Of a stretch of DNA of 64,000 bases, positions 1 to 15,118 are shown one piece after another. Each line of letters begins with the position of its first letter. The stretch's first letter is position 1. The DNA comes from Octopus vulgaris (lineage: Eukaryota), in the NCBI GenBank assembly GCA_951406725.2, contig OX597824.1, forward strand, positions 15,624,001 to 15,688,000, written 5' to 3'. The notes beneath the pieces are model-generated. The model had not been told where the DNA came from. It did not search any database and worked only from the letters and a program-made list of their open reading frames with translations. The translations under genes were made by a program, and so were the position numbers.

Positions 1-183
1 CACACGTATGTTTATACACACACACACACACACATATATATATATGTACTCGTCTGTGCATATAGGTATATTATATATATATGAGCATATACAAATAAAT
101 ATATATTAATAATAATATTATATACATATACATGCATACCCATACATACATACATATATGCATATATATATATATAAATATGG

Positions 184-236
<53 letters not shown>

Positions 237-242
237 TATAAC

Positions 243-279
<37 letters not shown>

Positions 280-308
280 CATATATGCATATATATATAC
301 ATACATAC

Positions 309-378
<70 letters not shown>

Positions 379-678
379 CAAATTGAAATACATATATACA
401 TATACACAAATCAATAGTTTAAAACGTAGATACAGGGATAGAAAGACAGACAGATGAGATACATTTTTGCTGTTCCATTGTTTAGGGACACACACATTGG
501 TATATGTTCTCTCTACCAAAGGATGAAGAATTTATCACAAATATGCTCAATAAAAAATTTCCAAAAAATGCAATTAGTTGGGAATTTCACAACTTATGTG
601 TGGAAAGTTGAACTGGAATTATAGGAATCTAGAATACACACAATAAAAAGATGATAATATAATAACTATGGTAAAATA

Positions 679-845
679 GGTGCAGGAGTGGCTGTGTGGT
701 AAGTAGCTTGCTAACCAACCACATGGTTCCGGGTTCAGTCCCACTGCGTGGTATCTTGGGCAAGTGTGTCTTCTGTTATAGCCTCGGGCCGACCAATGCC
801 TTGTGAGTGGATTTGGTAGACGGAAACTGAAAGAAGCCTGTCGTA

Positions 846-912
<67 letters not shown>

Positions 913-1126
913 GTGTTTGTGTGTCTGTGTTTGTCCACCTAGCATTGCTTGACAACCGATGCTGGTGTGTTTACGTCCCCGTCACTTAGCGGTTCGGCAA
1001 AAGAGACCGATAGAATAAGTACTGGGCTTACAAAGAATAAGTCCCGGGGTTGATTTGCTCGACTAAAGGCGGTGCTCCAGCATGGCCGCAGTCAAAATAC
1101 TGAAACAAGTAAAAGAGTAAAAGAGA
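679..1126 (+). mobile_element. SINE family A, full length (tRNA-like head, internal (TA)n(TG)n, (GTAAAAGA)n tail)
   Basis: A-box-like TGGCTGTGTGG and B-box-like GGTTCAGTCCC in the head; more than 10 similar copies in the window; simple-repeat tail. Confidence 0.9.
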
Positions 1127-1243
1127 GAGAGTATGGCTACACTAAATAATATACGCGTGTACACTACTGAAAAACACATACACACATATTGTTACATATA
1201 TATATATATATATGACATAGGATATATATATTTATTTATTATG

Positions 1244-1884
1244 CTTTTACTTGCTTTAGTCAGTTTTGACTGAGGACATGCTGGAGCACCGCCTTCTGAG
1301 TCGAAAAAATCGAACCCTGCACTTATTCTTTGTAAGCCTGGTACTTATTCTATCGGTTCTCTTCTGCCGGATTACTACGTTACGGGGACGTATACACATC
1401 AACATCGGTTGACAAAGAGTGGTGGGGGACAAACGTAGACAGAGAGACACACACGCACATAGTTACATACATATATGCAATGTACTTCTTTCAGTTTCCG
1501 TCTACCAAATTCACTCACGAGGCTTTGGTGAACCCGAGGCTATAATAGACAACATAGGCGAGCTGGCAGAAACGTTAGCACGCCGGGCGAAATGCGTAGC
1601 CGTGTTTTGTCTGTCGTTACGTTTTGAGTTCAAATTCCGCCGAGGTCGACTTTGCCTTTCATCCTTTCGGGGTCGATAAATTAAGTACCAGTTACGCACT
1701 GGGGTCGATGTAATCGACTAAATCCTTTTGTCTGTCCTTGTTTGTCCCCTCTGTGTTTAGCCCCTTGTGGGTAGTAAAGAAATATATAATAGACAACATA
1801 TGCCAAAGGTGCCACGAAGAGGGACTGAACACGGAACTATGTGGTTAAGAAGTTGGCTTTTTACCACGCAGCCGCACCTGCGCC
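1244..1884 (-). mobile_element. SINE family A, diverged, interrupted by a SINE-B
   Basis: Reverse-complement match to 679-1126 on both sides of the insertion at 1557-1784. Confidence 0.85.
1557..1784 (+). mobile_element. SINE family B with 16-bp TSD
   Basis: GGCGAGCTGGCAGAA head, GAGTTCAAATTCC B-box, GCCTTTCATCCTTTCGGGGTCGAT core; TSD TATAATAGACAACATA at 1541-1556 and 1785-1800. Confidence 0.92.
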
Positions 1885-2208
1885 TGTAAGCTTGTGTAGG
1901 TATATTCATATATGTATACATGTATATATATATATATGCATGGATGCATATATATGTGCTGTGTGCATAACATATGTGTATGTATATATATGCATATATG
2001 CATGTATATGTATGTATATATTTAAATGTATGTACATATATGCATAAATGAATGCGTATATAAATAAATGGATGCAGACAAAAATGGATGCATATATAAA
2101 TATATGTATATGTATATGTATGAATGTATGTATGTATAAATATAAGTGTATGTATTTATATATATATATATGTATGTATAAATACATGTGTATGTCTCTC
2201 TCTCTCTC

Positions 2209-2254
<46 letters not shown>

Positions 2255-2321
2255 CATATATGTACACATACATACATGTATGTATCTGTATATGTTAGTA
2301 TATATAGAATAATACCACGCA

Positions 2322-2368
<47 letters not shown>

Positions 2369-2377
2369 ACATACAAA

Positions 2378-2411
<34 letters not shown>

Positions 2412-2916
2412 TGTGTGTATGTTTGTGTGTACGTTTGTTTCCGTTCCATTTTTAATTATTAGAATTCCTCTGCTGGTCTGAAAGAATGGAACCAAACACT
2501 CGCATTGGAATTTGGATAACGATCAGAATAAGTGCTACATGTGTTGAACACTAGAAAAATCTGTATTCATGTATCCATGTCTATATACGCATATCCAAAT
2601 CTATACACGTTCCTCTCCATTCATGTATGTGCATGTATGGGTGTGTGCATGTAAATGTTTCTTCATGTATAAGATATACACAGGACAACATGCGAATAAT
2701 TTATTACTCTGTTACATTATATATCATTATATCGGTCTCATTCATGTAACCTCCATGTTAGATCATCATGGAAGCGCGTCAGCTGTTTGATTCTTTTTCT
2801 GACAAAACAACATAATCCGCGGATATAAGTTTTGAGAAATGATGTTGAAGTTATTAAGCAACTCATTGGTGAATATTGACATTATCTGTTGAACTATGTA
2901 ATCGTTTTATTTCGTA

Positions 2917-3001
<85 letters not shown>

Positions 3002-3153
3002 TATATACATATATATATATACATATATATATATTTTTATATATATATGTATATATATATAATTATATATATATATATACACACACACATATATATGCAA
3101 TATATATATATACACATATATATATACATACATATATATATGCATATATATGC

Positions 3154-3198
<45 letters not shown>

Positions 3199-3249
3199 GG
3201 TGCATTGTTGTACCACTATTCTATATTGATATATACATTTATATATATG

Positions 3250-3324
<75 letters not shown>

Positions 3325-4017
3325 ATCATTATTAGTTATAAGAAATGATAATGCTAGTGGCTGTAATCCTATACGGTTTATATATATATATATAACATCA
3401 TTTATTAGAAATAATATTAGTGGCTTATACATACATACAAAAATATATGTGTGTATGTGTATACATATAGTAAGAAGTTTTTAACTGTCTCTACCTAATT
3501 ATATAGAGATGGAGACAGCTGTGTGCATAGTTATACAAGCACATATGTCTCTCTCTATATATATACATGACATACATATGTATGAGTGTGTATCAGCAAA
3601 TATATGTACATACGTACATGTGCATAAATATATGCATACATACAATAATATTGGTATGTATATATATGGGCGTGTCTGTGTATATGATGTATGTATACAT
3701 ACGTACGTACGTACACACTCACAAACACACACGTAAATACGTACACACTTACGCGCACTCACACGCATATGTACACACACACATGTATATATATCTGTAT
3801 ATGCATATATACTCATTCACATACTTACACACACATAAGCATTTATATTTCATGAATGTACGTATGTTTATGTATATACATATGTACATATATATATATA
3901 TATATATATATGTTTTATGAGTATGTTCACACATTATCACATATACATAAATATTCAAATTTAAATTGTGTTTAATATAAAATGTGTACGCACATATATT
4001 TACACACAAATGCACAC

Positions 4018-4063
<46 letters not shown>

Positions 4064-5351
4064 ATGTGTGTATATATATATATATATATACATACATATT
4101 TACATACATATGTGAGTGCGTGTGTGTGTATGCGTGCGTGTTTGTGTGTGTAAGCTTTGAAAAGAAAATGGCGGGTGAAAACTTCAGAAACTTCAGGTGC
4201 TAAATCTGCGTTAAATAAACCCCTAAACGAAGATTTCTCACGAAGTTTTGATGGAAATTATGCGTTAAGATTTTTTGTTTTAAACACCCTATTCATGCCA
4301 TACTGGTAATTAAGTTGTTCGTTAAATTTTGGGCGTTTTGTTAAATATCGTACCTGTAGCACTATGGTGTTTCAACCAGTTGATTATTTAAGATTGGAAC
4401 CTTTTAGATAAAGTTTTGCTCTCAATTCTTTGTTATGGATTAAATACATCCCTGTTATATGCTTTCCTTTATTCAATAGATCTATGCCATTATGTTTCAG
4501 TAATTATTCAACATCGTTCTTATTACCATTGAAGGGTTTGGTAATGTCATTTCAGCATCTGTTATTGCTTTAGGTTATTTGCTGACAGCTCTACATTTTA
4601 CCTTTCTGAGAGTCTATGAAATAAAATACCAGTCATTTGCTGGGTTCGAAATAATTGAGTAACCCTCTCACTCCAAGTTTATCTTTTTTTTTTTGTTTTA
4701 TCATCTATTTTGGAAATGTGGATTGGTTTAGCATGATCGTAAGGGTGCCGGACGAATTGCACTGCAGTGATTGTTGATTGGTCTGATAGTTGAGATTAAT
4801 CTTTAAAGATAAAATATCAAGTCACGTGTGAGATATTTTGTTGGTTGGTTACTTTTTTTTTGCCCTGTTAGAAAGAGAAAGCGCTATTAGTGTTGAGAGA
4901 GGTGAAATAAAGAGAAAAAAATATTAGAAAACATGTAGTATTTTATAGGGTTTAGGCAGATAGAGTAAAAATACGATAGATAGGCAGATAAATATATAGA
5001 TGAATATGTAGATGGACAAACAGATGGACAGATAGATATGTGCAAGATTAACAAAGTAATAGTGAGTAACTTGTGTGACGGGCAGTCATGCGAGCAGGCA
5101 GATAAATATAGGAAGGAATGGAAATCAAAAAATTGTGAGAGAGGTAGAGAAGGAGTGTCTTAGATGAAACGGGGTGTATATTACAGAAGAGGAATTAAAG
5201 ATGTGATGAAACTGTATAGAGAGTGTATAAAGAGAAAGAAATAGAAAAGGAGAGAAAAATATTTGTGTAGACTGTCGAAGGAAAGATTTGGATTAAAGAA
5301 GAGGTATGTAGGCAGCATTCGATACAGAGACCAAAAATTAGGTACACACAC

Positions 5352-5455
<104 letters not shown>

Positions 5456-5644
5456 GGTAGCATAGTTTGTCAAATACCAGAATACATAAGAAATTATATA
5501 TGTACATATAAAAATGTATAGCTACGTAAGTGATACAAAGAGGAAAGTAGTTGATTTTTTTATACTGTGTTACTTCTATTGTAGTCTGGTCCCACTGCAC
5601 GAAACTACTAACTACAGTGTCGTTTGTATAGCTAATGAATATAG

Positions 5645-5698
<54 letters not shown>

Positions 5699-5811
5699 GT
5701 TTATATAGTGCTTATCACAAATATACACAGGCGATTATTTTTGTGTTGTCTGTGTGATTGATTTGTTTGTGATCTGTCATCAAGGACGATGACTTTATTT
5801 TTTACAAAACA

Positions 5812-5871
<60 letters not shown>

Positions 5872-6416
5872 ACACACACACACATACGCAGATACACACG
5901 CGCGCACGGCACGTACGCAAGTTTAAATACGTCTTTGTGAGGAAGAATGAGTATAAACATATGAAATTGCGTGTAAGAATGTGTTTTGAGTGACTACGAA
6001 CGTTTGTGTGTAAGTGTGTCCGTATATGTGCGTGTGTGTATGTTAGTGTGTCTGTCAGTGGTTGTGTGTCAATTTGTCTAATTTCATTCTATTACTGAAG
6101 GGTCCCGTTTGTGTGTGTGTGTGTGTGTGCATGTATAAGGGTGCATAGAATGATCAATGGCAAAATCCCACACCCACATAGCCACAAACAACCTCACCGT
6201 ACACAAACACACACACACACACACACACGCTAGCATGCACACACACACACACACGAGCGCACACATTTGTACACAAATATATACGGGTATTAGGCTAAAT
6301 TATGGCTAAGAGGGTGGAGAGAAGAATAACATCAAGATAATGTAGCAGCTAAAAGTGATATATATATATATATATATGTGTGTGTTTGTATATTTACTTA
6401 TGCTTATATATATACT

Positions 6417-6447
<31 letters not shown>

Positions 6448-6485
6448 ATGCATTCATATTTTTATATACCTATATATATATATGC

Positions 6486-6597
<112 letters not shown>

Positions 6598-6726
6598 GTA
6601 TGTGTCTCTATGGATATTTTTAATTATAAAAGCAAAATGCAAAATAAGAAAAAAAAAAGTTGAAGCACTCTATTGAGGTCACTTAAGATATGGATAAAAA
6701 AAAGAATCTCAGAGTGGGTGTAATGA

Positions 6727-6764
<38 letters not shown>

Positions 6765-7117
6765 GTGTTGGGTGGGCGGGACGGGAGTGAGGAGTGGTGG
6801 GAGAAGAAGTGGAGAGGAGGGTGTCAGTCAGTTAATGTACTTAATAACTAGAGTTGTGAGACTAGGACAGAGCGGGGCAGGGGGCGGGGCGGGGAGGCGG
6901 ATGGGGAGGGCAGCTGAGATGGGGAATCACTTTTCTACGTCATCAACTCCTTTACAAAACGAAAATCTCTCTCCAACTCCTCCTCCTCCTCCTCTCTCTC
7001 TCTCTGACCGCCTCTTCAAATTCTTTTAATCTTTTTCATGCCTTCTGCCTTCGTTTTAACTTTCACATCAGCACTCTCTCCCTAATTCTACGTGTGTATG
7101 TGTGTGTGTGATCGTGT

Positions 7118-7159
<42 letters not shown>

Positions 7160-7191
7160 ATGTATGTGTGTGTATATGTGTATATGCATAC

Positions 7192-7246
<55 letters not shown>

Positions 7247-7248
<2 letters not shown>

Positions 7249-7659
7249 CGCAGGAGTGGGTGTGTGGTAAGTAGCTTGCTTACCAACCACATGGTTCCGG
7301 GTTCAGTCCCACTGCGTGGCATCTTGGGCAAGTGTCTTCTGTTATAGCCTCGGGCCGACCAATGCCTTGTGAGTGGATTTGGTAGACGGAAACAGAAGGA
7401 AGCCTGTTGTATATATGTATATATATATATGTGTGCGTGTGTGTTTGTGTGTCTGTGTTTGTCCCCTTAGCATCGCTTGACAACCGATGCTGGTGTGTTT
7501 AAGTCCCCGTTACTTAGCGGTTCGGCAAAAGAGACCGATAGAATAAGTACTAGGCTTACAAAGAATAAGTCCCAGGGTCGAGTTGCTCGACTAAAGGCGG
7601 TGCTCCAGCATGGCCGCAGTCAAATGACTGAAACAAGTAAAAGAGAAAAGAGTAAAGAG
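7247..7659 (+). mobile_element. SINE family A, full length
   Basis: End-to-end match to 679-1126; flanked by (TA)n on both sides. Confidence 0.9.
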
Positions 7660-7695
<36 letters not shown>

Positions 7696-8272
7696 GCTGT
7701 GCGTGTGTAATTAAAGTAAAGTAGAGAGGTGATAGTAACTTCGAAGTTTCGGTTCGCTCGCCTTCGCCAGACATTGTGCCTGTAACAGTTCCATAATCTT
7801 GTTCTCTAATTAACGAACATTCCGTTATTCTTCAGTTTCATGTGAAATTGACCTTCCATATAATTCGACATAACACACACACACACACACATCCGTTGTC
7901 TGGTAACAATCTTCAGAACTATTCAGCACGAACATAGAACCTTCTAGTTTACTGCAGCCGAGCCAGTCGCTCGTTACTCTGCAGTTTCCTCAAACTCAAC
8001 CGTTTCTTCAGTTGAAACTGAGTAAACGAAAGAACGCATTACATTACAGTAATGGTAGACAATGCTGCAAGAAAACAATTATTACTATTGTTGCTAGTTA
8101 TCACTTTTTATTTATGGATATTGTTTTCTATCTCTGTTGTTGGGTACTTTAATCTTTCACCAATTTTTTCCGTCGTCAACAGGATATAGTGTCTTTTCAT
8201 CCAGTCTGTTTTGCCTGATGAGACGACAACATGCCAGAGATACTCAAGAATAACAGGCCACTAGACCAGCTT

Positions 8273-8394
<122 letters not shown>

Positions 8395-8400
8395 CATATA

Positions 8401-8527
8401 TACGATGGGCTTCTTTCAGTTTTCTGTCTACCAAATCCATTCACAAGGCTTTGGTCGAACCTAGGCTATAGGAATACACTTGCCGAAGGTTCCACGCAGT
8501 GGGACTGAACCCGGAACCAGGTGTTTG
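8401..8527 (-). mobile_element. SINE family A, 5'-half fragment
   Basis: Reverse-complement match to the SINE-A segment from the B-box to the internal microsatellite. Confidence 0.75.
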
Positions 8528-8584
8528 GGAAATTTCAATAGATGTACAACAGAGGGATGTTTATATTATTATTATTATTTTTAC

Positions 8585-8685
<101 letters not shown>

Positions 8686-8700
8686 TTGCCCCACTATATA

Positions 8701-9116
8701 GGCGCAGGGGTGGCTGTGTGGTAAGTAGCTTGCTAACCAACCACATGGTTCCGGGTTCAGTCCCACTGCGTGGCATCTTGGGCAAGTGTCTTCTGCTATA
8801 GCCCCGGGCCGACCAATGCCTTGTGAGTGGATTTGGTAGACGGAAACTGAAAGAAGCCTGTCGTATATATGTGTATATATGTATGTGTGTGTGTTTGTGT
8901 GTCTGTGTTTGTTCCCCCAGCATTGCTTGACAACCGATGCTGGTGTGTTTACGTCCCCGTCACTTAGCGGTTCGGCAAAAAGAGACCGATAGAATAAGTA
9001 CTGGGCTTACAAAAAGAATGAGTCCCGGGGTCGAGTTGCTCGACTAAAAGGCGGTGCTCCAGCATGGCCGCAGTCAAAATGACTGAAACAAGTAAAAGAA
9101 AAGAAAAAGAAAAGAA
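8701..9116 (+). mobile_element. SINE family A, full length
   Basis: End-to-end match to 679-1126. Confidence 0.9.
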
Positions 9117-9744
9117 TATATCGGTATAACTTGGGGCCACCCCCAAAAAACTGGTCCACCAATCAGCATCATTAGAATGTGGCCGGCATAATGGCTTTAT
9201 CTGCATATTCAAAACGTTTCCCATAAACAAAGATATATATTCAAAGATATTTATTCATGTATGTACATGTATATATATATGTGCGTATGCATGTGTTTAC
9301 GTATGTGTGTGTGTGTATATTCATTATGTGTGTGTGTGTGTGTGTGTGTGTGTTTACACTCCTAGGTGTACTTGCGAATGTGTGAGACAGAATGTTGTAA
9401 AGAATATACCCTTTAATTTTTCATTCATTAAAATATACTTATTTAATGGGATGCTGCAAAAAATGATGTCGGAGGCAACATAAACACACAAAGAACCAAC
9501 ATACATACACACATACATCGGCACGTTTACAAATGAACATATACACTTTCATACTCACTGAAAAATTTTTTTTTGTCAAAACTTTAATCAGTCGAAAATT
9601 AAAGACACTTTATTTAGAATAAATCCTATTGAAAGATAAGTCTAAACGGACATGTAAGATGATCTCCTCATCTTTAAAGCCAATCATATGCGGACTTACA
9701 ATGCTTACAAAAAAATATATATATATATACAACCCACCAACATA

Positions 9745-10452
<708 letters not shown>

Positions 10453-11287
10453 GTGTATTTCCGGGTTTTTAGTGATAGGTTCAAAAGAATCCTTGGTGAA
10501 CTTCGTAATTCGCATTGGGCGGAGATGTTTTCAATAAAGTTTCAGTGTAAGCATGTGGAATGGATGGGGAAATTCGTAGAAAATTCGTCAGCATTCTGAG
10601 TAAAAATATTGTCTGGATACATTGGAACAGGTGTGATACTATGATTAAGGAACAATGGTATGAAATTGAATAGGCAAGGAACTATGTCGGTACGTATGTA
10701 TGCATGTATGTATGTATATAGGTAAGTAGGTAGGTAAGAGGATAGGTAGGTGGAGCTAGAGTCAACATAGACAATTCAACAAGATGGTCATCGGTGGAAT
10801 GGAAGCAATAGATTACACACACACTCTCACACACACACATACACGTTTATATACTTTTGAATGCATATGTATATAGATGTATGTATATATATATATATGT
10901 ATATATATATATACCAACATGAATATGCATGTATGCATGCAGTTATCTATCTATCTATCTATCCATTTGTCTACATCAATCTCTATCTCTATTACAATTG
11001 TATTTACACACACATAAACTTACATATATACGCATATTGATGTATATAAGTGTCTATACGCATATATGCATAATATGTAGATGCAGACAGGTGCATTTAT
11101 ATTTATGTATGTAAATGTATAACACAGATACACACACACATATATATACATGTTTCTATGTATATATGTATGTATATGCATATGCATACGTACATGCATA
11201 CATAAATATATATATAGACATTGTATAAATGTGTATATTTACCTATAACGTTATATATGTAAATATGTCGTTATATGCATGTGTGTA

Positions 11288-11353
<66 letters not shown>

Positions 11354-11614
11354 ACTATTTTTGTATCTATCTATATTTATATTTATATACATGGTGATGT
11401 ATATTCATGTACGTATAGATCTATATTATATATGCATGTATAAATATGTATATATGCATACGCGTGTGTATACACACATGCACATATATATATATATATA
11501 CATTCAAACATATATATGCATGTTTATATATGCTATTTATACACATCCATGTACATACAGAAATGCACAAATATTTCTGAATATATATGCATTTTTTTTT
11601 TTTTTTTTTTTTTT

Positions 11615-11670
<56 letters not shown>

Positions 11671-11671
11671 T

Positions 11672-11815
11672 TCATTTCACGTTGCTCCACTCCACTCCGC
11701 TGGCTAAAATGAGAATAGCTGCGATGGACTGGCATCCCGTCCAGCTGGGAACACATGCGCCATAGAAACCAGGTAACCGGGCCCATGAGCCTGGCTAAGC
11801 TTTAAGAGGGTCCAT
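11672..11815 (+). mobile_element. SINE family C, 5'-truncated
   Basis: ATTTCACGTTGCTCCA...GCGATGGACTGGCATCCCGTCCAGCTGGG...GCCCATGAGCCTGGCTA; reverse match to 29970-30203. Confidence 0.8.
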
Positions 11816-12073
11816 TTATTTTTTATTATACACACACACACAGACACACACACACACACATATATACTCCTTTGTGTGTGTGTGTGTGCGTGTGTGTGTG
11901 TATTTATTCACCATATATATAAATATATTTATATTTATATATATGGTGAATTTTATGTAAAACTAAATATATTCTACGTAATTTATTCATCCTCGCATTA
12001 TACGTGTGCAACGACGTGTGTATAATTAATGTCATTCTGTGCACGTAAATACCTAATAACATACACACATACC

Positions 12074-12111
<38 letters not shown>

Positions 12112-12754
12112 ATGAAGGGTGTCTTTATAATTTGAGGAATTTCTTGAAAAAGGGGTCTCACCCTTTTATTGTTGAGCCAGTGTTTGTCAAGAGTTTCCTA
12201 TATAAAATTCTATGTATGTATATGTGTGTGTGTGTGTGCATGTGTGTATGTGTGTTTGTATGAACTAAGAGAGAGTCTGGCTTGTAGACATTAGCTTGCT
12301 TCTCTTACAGTCTTAGGTGCCTGCGTAGTCGCGTGTATACATGTACAACGTCTCGGTTTCCCCTACATTCATCCAGCGGGATATTCTGGATCTAGAATCT
12401 GAAGGGTGGCCAACGCCAGCATTCGTCAAGTAGTTTTGACCTGAGGACACTGCAAAGGAATGGGAAATGAATTGCTTTGTTGAAGCATATGTCGCGGTAC
12501 CCGGCCCATAAATCCAACCCAGCATTTCGTCATGAGTCCTACACCCTAACAATTGAGCCGGTTGCTTTTGTGCGTGTGTATGTGATAGCGATGGAAGGCT
12601 GTACTGTTTTTGTAAGGCTTATTTGCAAGTGTAATACGTCGTGTGAACGTCCCTAACACGACCCTAAAGATCATTGACCTTGATGTAGTTCATCGACAGA
12701 GTTGTTCCTGTATAAATTCATAGAGGCAAAGAGGTGATGCCTATTTTGGAGAGT

Positions 12755-12793
<39 letters not shown>

Positions 12794-13100
12794 TGGGCGG
12801 AGGAGAGAGGCGGAGGAAGGGCGAGAATGGGGAAGTTGTGCCATATGTTTGTTGCAGGATTTGAGATGTGAAATACGTTGGTGGGTGATGAGATAGAGGA
12901 GTGACCGTCTTGACACGTGAGTCTGGGTTGAGCTAGTGTAAGGTTGAGACGGTGTGCGAAAGCCTTTAATGGAAGAAATAAAAAAGTTATTAAAAGTGTA
13001 AAAAGAAAATAAAGGTGACATGTTGAGAGCCTTATAATGATTCTTCGGAAGAAGAAATATTAACAAAATATTTTTAATATGCTTTCATGCCTCACGCAAG

Positions 13101-13176
13101 GGAAAGGATCAATAATTAAAACGTTTATAATTGTAATAGGAAAGGATCAATAATTAAAACGTTTATAATTGTAATA
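13101..13176. repeat. 38-bp tandem duplication
   Basis: GGAAAGGATCAATAATTAAAACGTTTATAATTGTAATA occurs twice. Confidence 0.9.
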
Positions 13177-13189
13177 GTAGCAGCTGCAG

Positions 13190-13224
13190 AGTCAGCAGCA
13201 GCAGCAGTAGCAGCAGTAGCAGCA

Positions 13225-13266
<42 letters not shown>

Positions 13267-13414
13267 CTGGTAGTATTAGTAGTCGTAGTCGTAGTAGTAG
13301 TAGTTGGTAATAATTAAGTTGTCTTGATTAGAAAGACATATATATTTATGATGGTTTCGGCATCCGGTGGCTGGTCTGCATGTTTTAAAGGCGGTGCTCC
13401 AGCATGGAAGCATG

Positions 13415-13457
<43 letters not shown>

Positions 13458-13574
13458 TAGTAGTTGGTAATAATTAAGTTGTCTTGATTAGAAAGACATA
13501 TATATTTATGATGGTTTCGGCATCCGGTGGCTGGTCTGCATGTTTTAAAGGCGGTGCTCCAGCATGGCAGCATG

Positions 13575-13642
<68 letters not shown>

Positions 13643-13748
13643 TGCTAATAATTATGTTGTCTTGATTGGAAAGATATATTTATGATGGTTTCGGCATCCG
13701 GTGGCTGGTCTGCATTTTTTAAAGGCGGTGCTCCAGCATGGCAGCATG

Positions 13749-13810
<62 letters not shown>

Positions 13811-13962
13811 TGCTAATAATTATGTTGTCTTGATTGGAAAGATATATTTATGATGGTTTCGGCATCCGGTGGCTGGTCTGCATTTTTTAAAGGCGGTGCT
13901 CCAGCATGGTCGCAGTCAAATGACTGAAAAAGGTAAAAGAGTAAAAAGAGTAAAAGAGTAAA
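13190..13962 (+). repeat. Four-copy tandem array (unit about 160-180 bp): (CAG)n(TAG)n + unique segment + SINE-A 3' fragment
   Basis: Unit core ...GTTGTCTTGATT...TTTCGGCATCCGGTGGCTGGTCTGCA...AAAGGCGGTGCTCCAGCATGG occurs four times; the last unit runs into the SINE-A tail. Confidence 0.92.
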
Positions 13963-14203
13963 TGATTTTCCTTTGTTGAAGGGTCACACACGTTCCAAAG
14001 ATGGTATGGTATGATGTGAGGGAATTTGGCTGCTAATTACGGGAGTCAAGTGACTACTTAGTGACTCGCACGCTGGTTTGTCGTTCTAAGGCTAATCAAC
14101 GCGAGGGAAAGAATAAGTCTGTGAATTAATAGCTGTAGCCTTCCTCTAAATTAATCTTCTGAAAATTAACTGGATGTTGTCCTTTTGGATGTGATATATA
14201 ATC

Positions 14204-14486
14204 TTTTCTACTCTAAGCACAAGGCCCGAAATTTTGGGGGAGGGTGCCAGTCGATTTGATTGACCCCAGTACGTAACTGGTACTTACTTTATCGACCCTG
14301 TAAGGATGAAAGGCGAAGTCGACCACGACGGAATTTGAACTCAGAACGTAGCTGCAGACGAAATACGTATTTCTTTACTACCCACAAGGGGCTAAACACA
14401 GAGAGCACAAACAAGGACAGACAAACGGATTAAGTCGATTATATCGACCTCCAGTGCGAAACTGGTACTTATTTTAATCGACCCCG
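14204..14486 (-). mobile_element. SINE family B composite (partial tail-1 unit + tail-2 unit)
   Basis: Reverse-complement match to the 3' part of 51249-51648. Confidence 0.85.
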
Positions 14487-15118
14487 ATTGTCGATGTCGC
14501 CGTCAGATGAGATTTTAGTGAGGGTCATAAACGGTATTTTTCGGTATATAAATATATTTCGAATCATTGTGATAAAGATTTGATCATTTTGTAAACGTTT
14601 AATTTAGAAGAGAGACTACCGGAAAACATCTAAATCCTTGTCTTTGCCTATAAATTTGATGTTAACTTATGCGTGTGGACGCAATATGGCCGAATGTTGA
14701 AGAAGTTCACTTCTCAATCGCGATGTCCGGATCGTACTGCATGGTATCTTGAGCAAATATCTTTTAGCACAGTTTTGGATCGATCGAAATTTTGTAAGTA
14801 AATTTAGGTTGATGAAATCTGTGTAGAAACCTGTTGGAATCTGTGTAGAAACCTGTTGGAGGGATTCTGCCTGTAATTTAAAAGTACATAGTCTTTTTAC
14901 ACGCTTTGACGCTGAGATTATTTGAGATAATTACATTTAGGGTTCACGTGCATGTGGAATACACAGCCCGTTTTACACGTTAATTCACAGAATAGATCAT
15001 ATAGTTGGCCGAAAAACTACATACCCATCACCGAAATCGATGGAGAATCTAATCATTTATTGCTCTCGTGCCGTTTACACGTGTATAGTAGTTGTGTCTT
15101 GGTACTGCTGATGTGTTG

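Noticed and set aside
7556-7774. ORF starting MSGEGERTETSKLL
   Set aside because: No convincing splice donor; it runs into (TA)n and an antisense SINE-A.
8215-8245. CTGATGAG hammerhead core
   Set aside because: No stem II plus GAAA or stem I partner follows.
12311-12552. Unique GC-richer segment with an acceptor-like site and a 79-aa minus-strand ORF
   Set aside because: All + frames stop within about 90 nt of the AG, and the minus ORF has no recognisable motif.
13190-13962. CRISPR-like regular repeat array
   Set aside because: Units are near-identical along their whole length with no unique spacers, there are no cas genes, and the context is eukaryotic.
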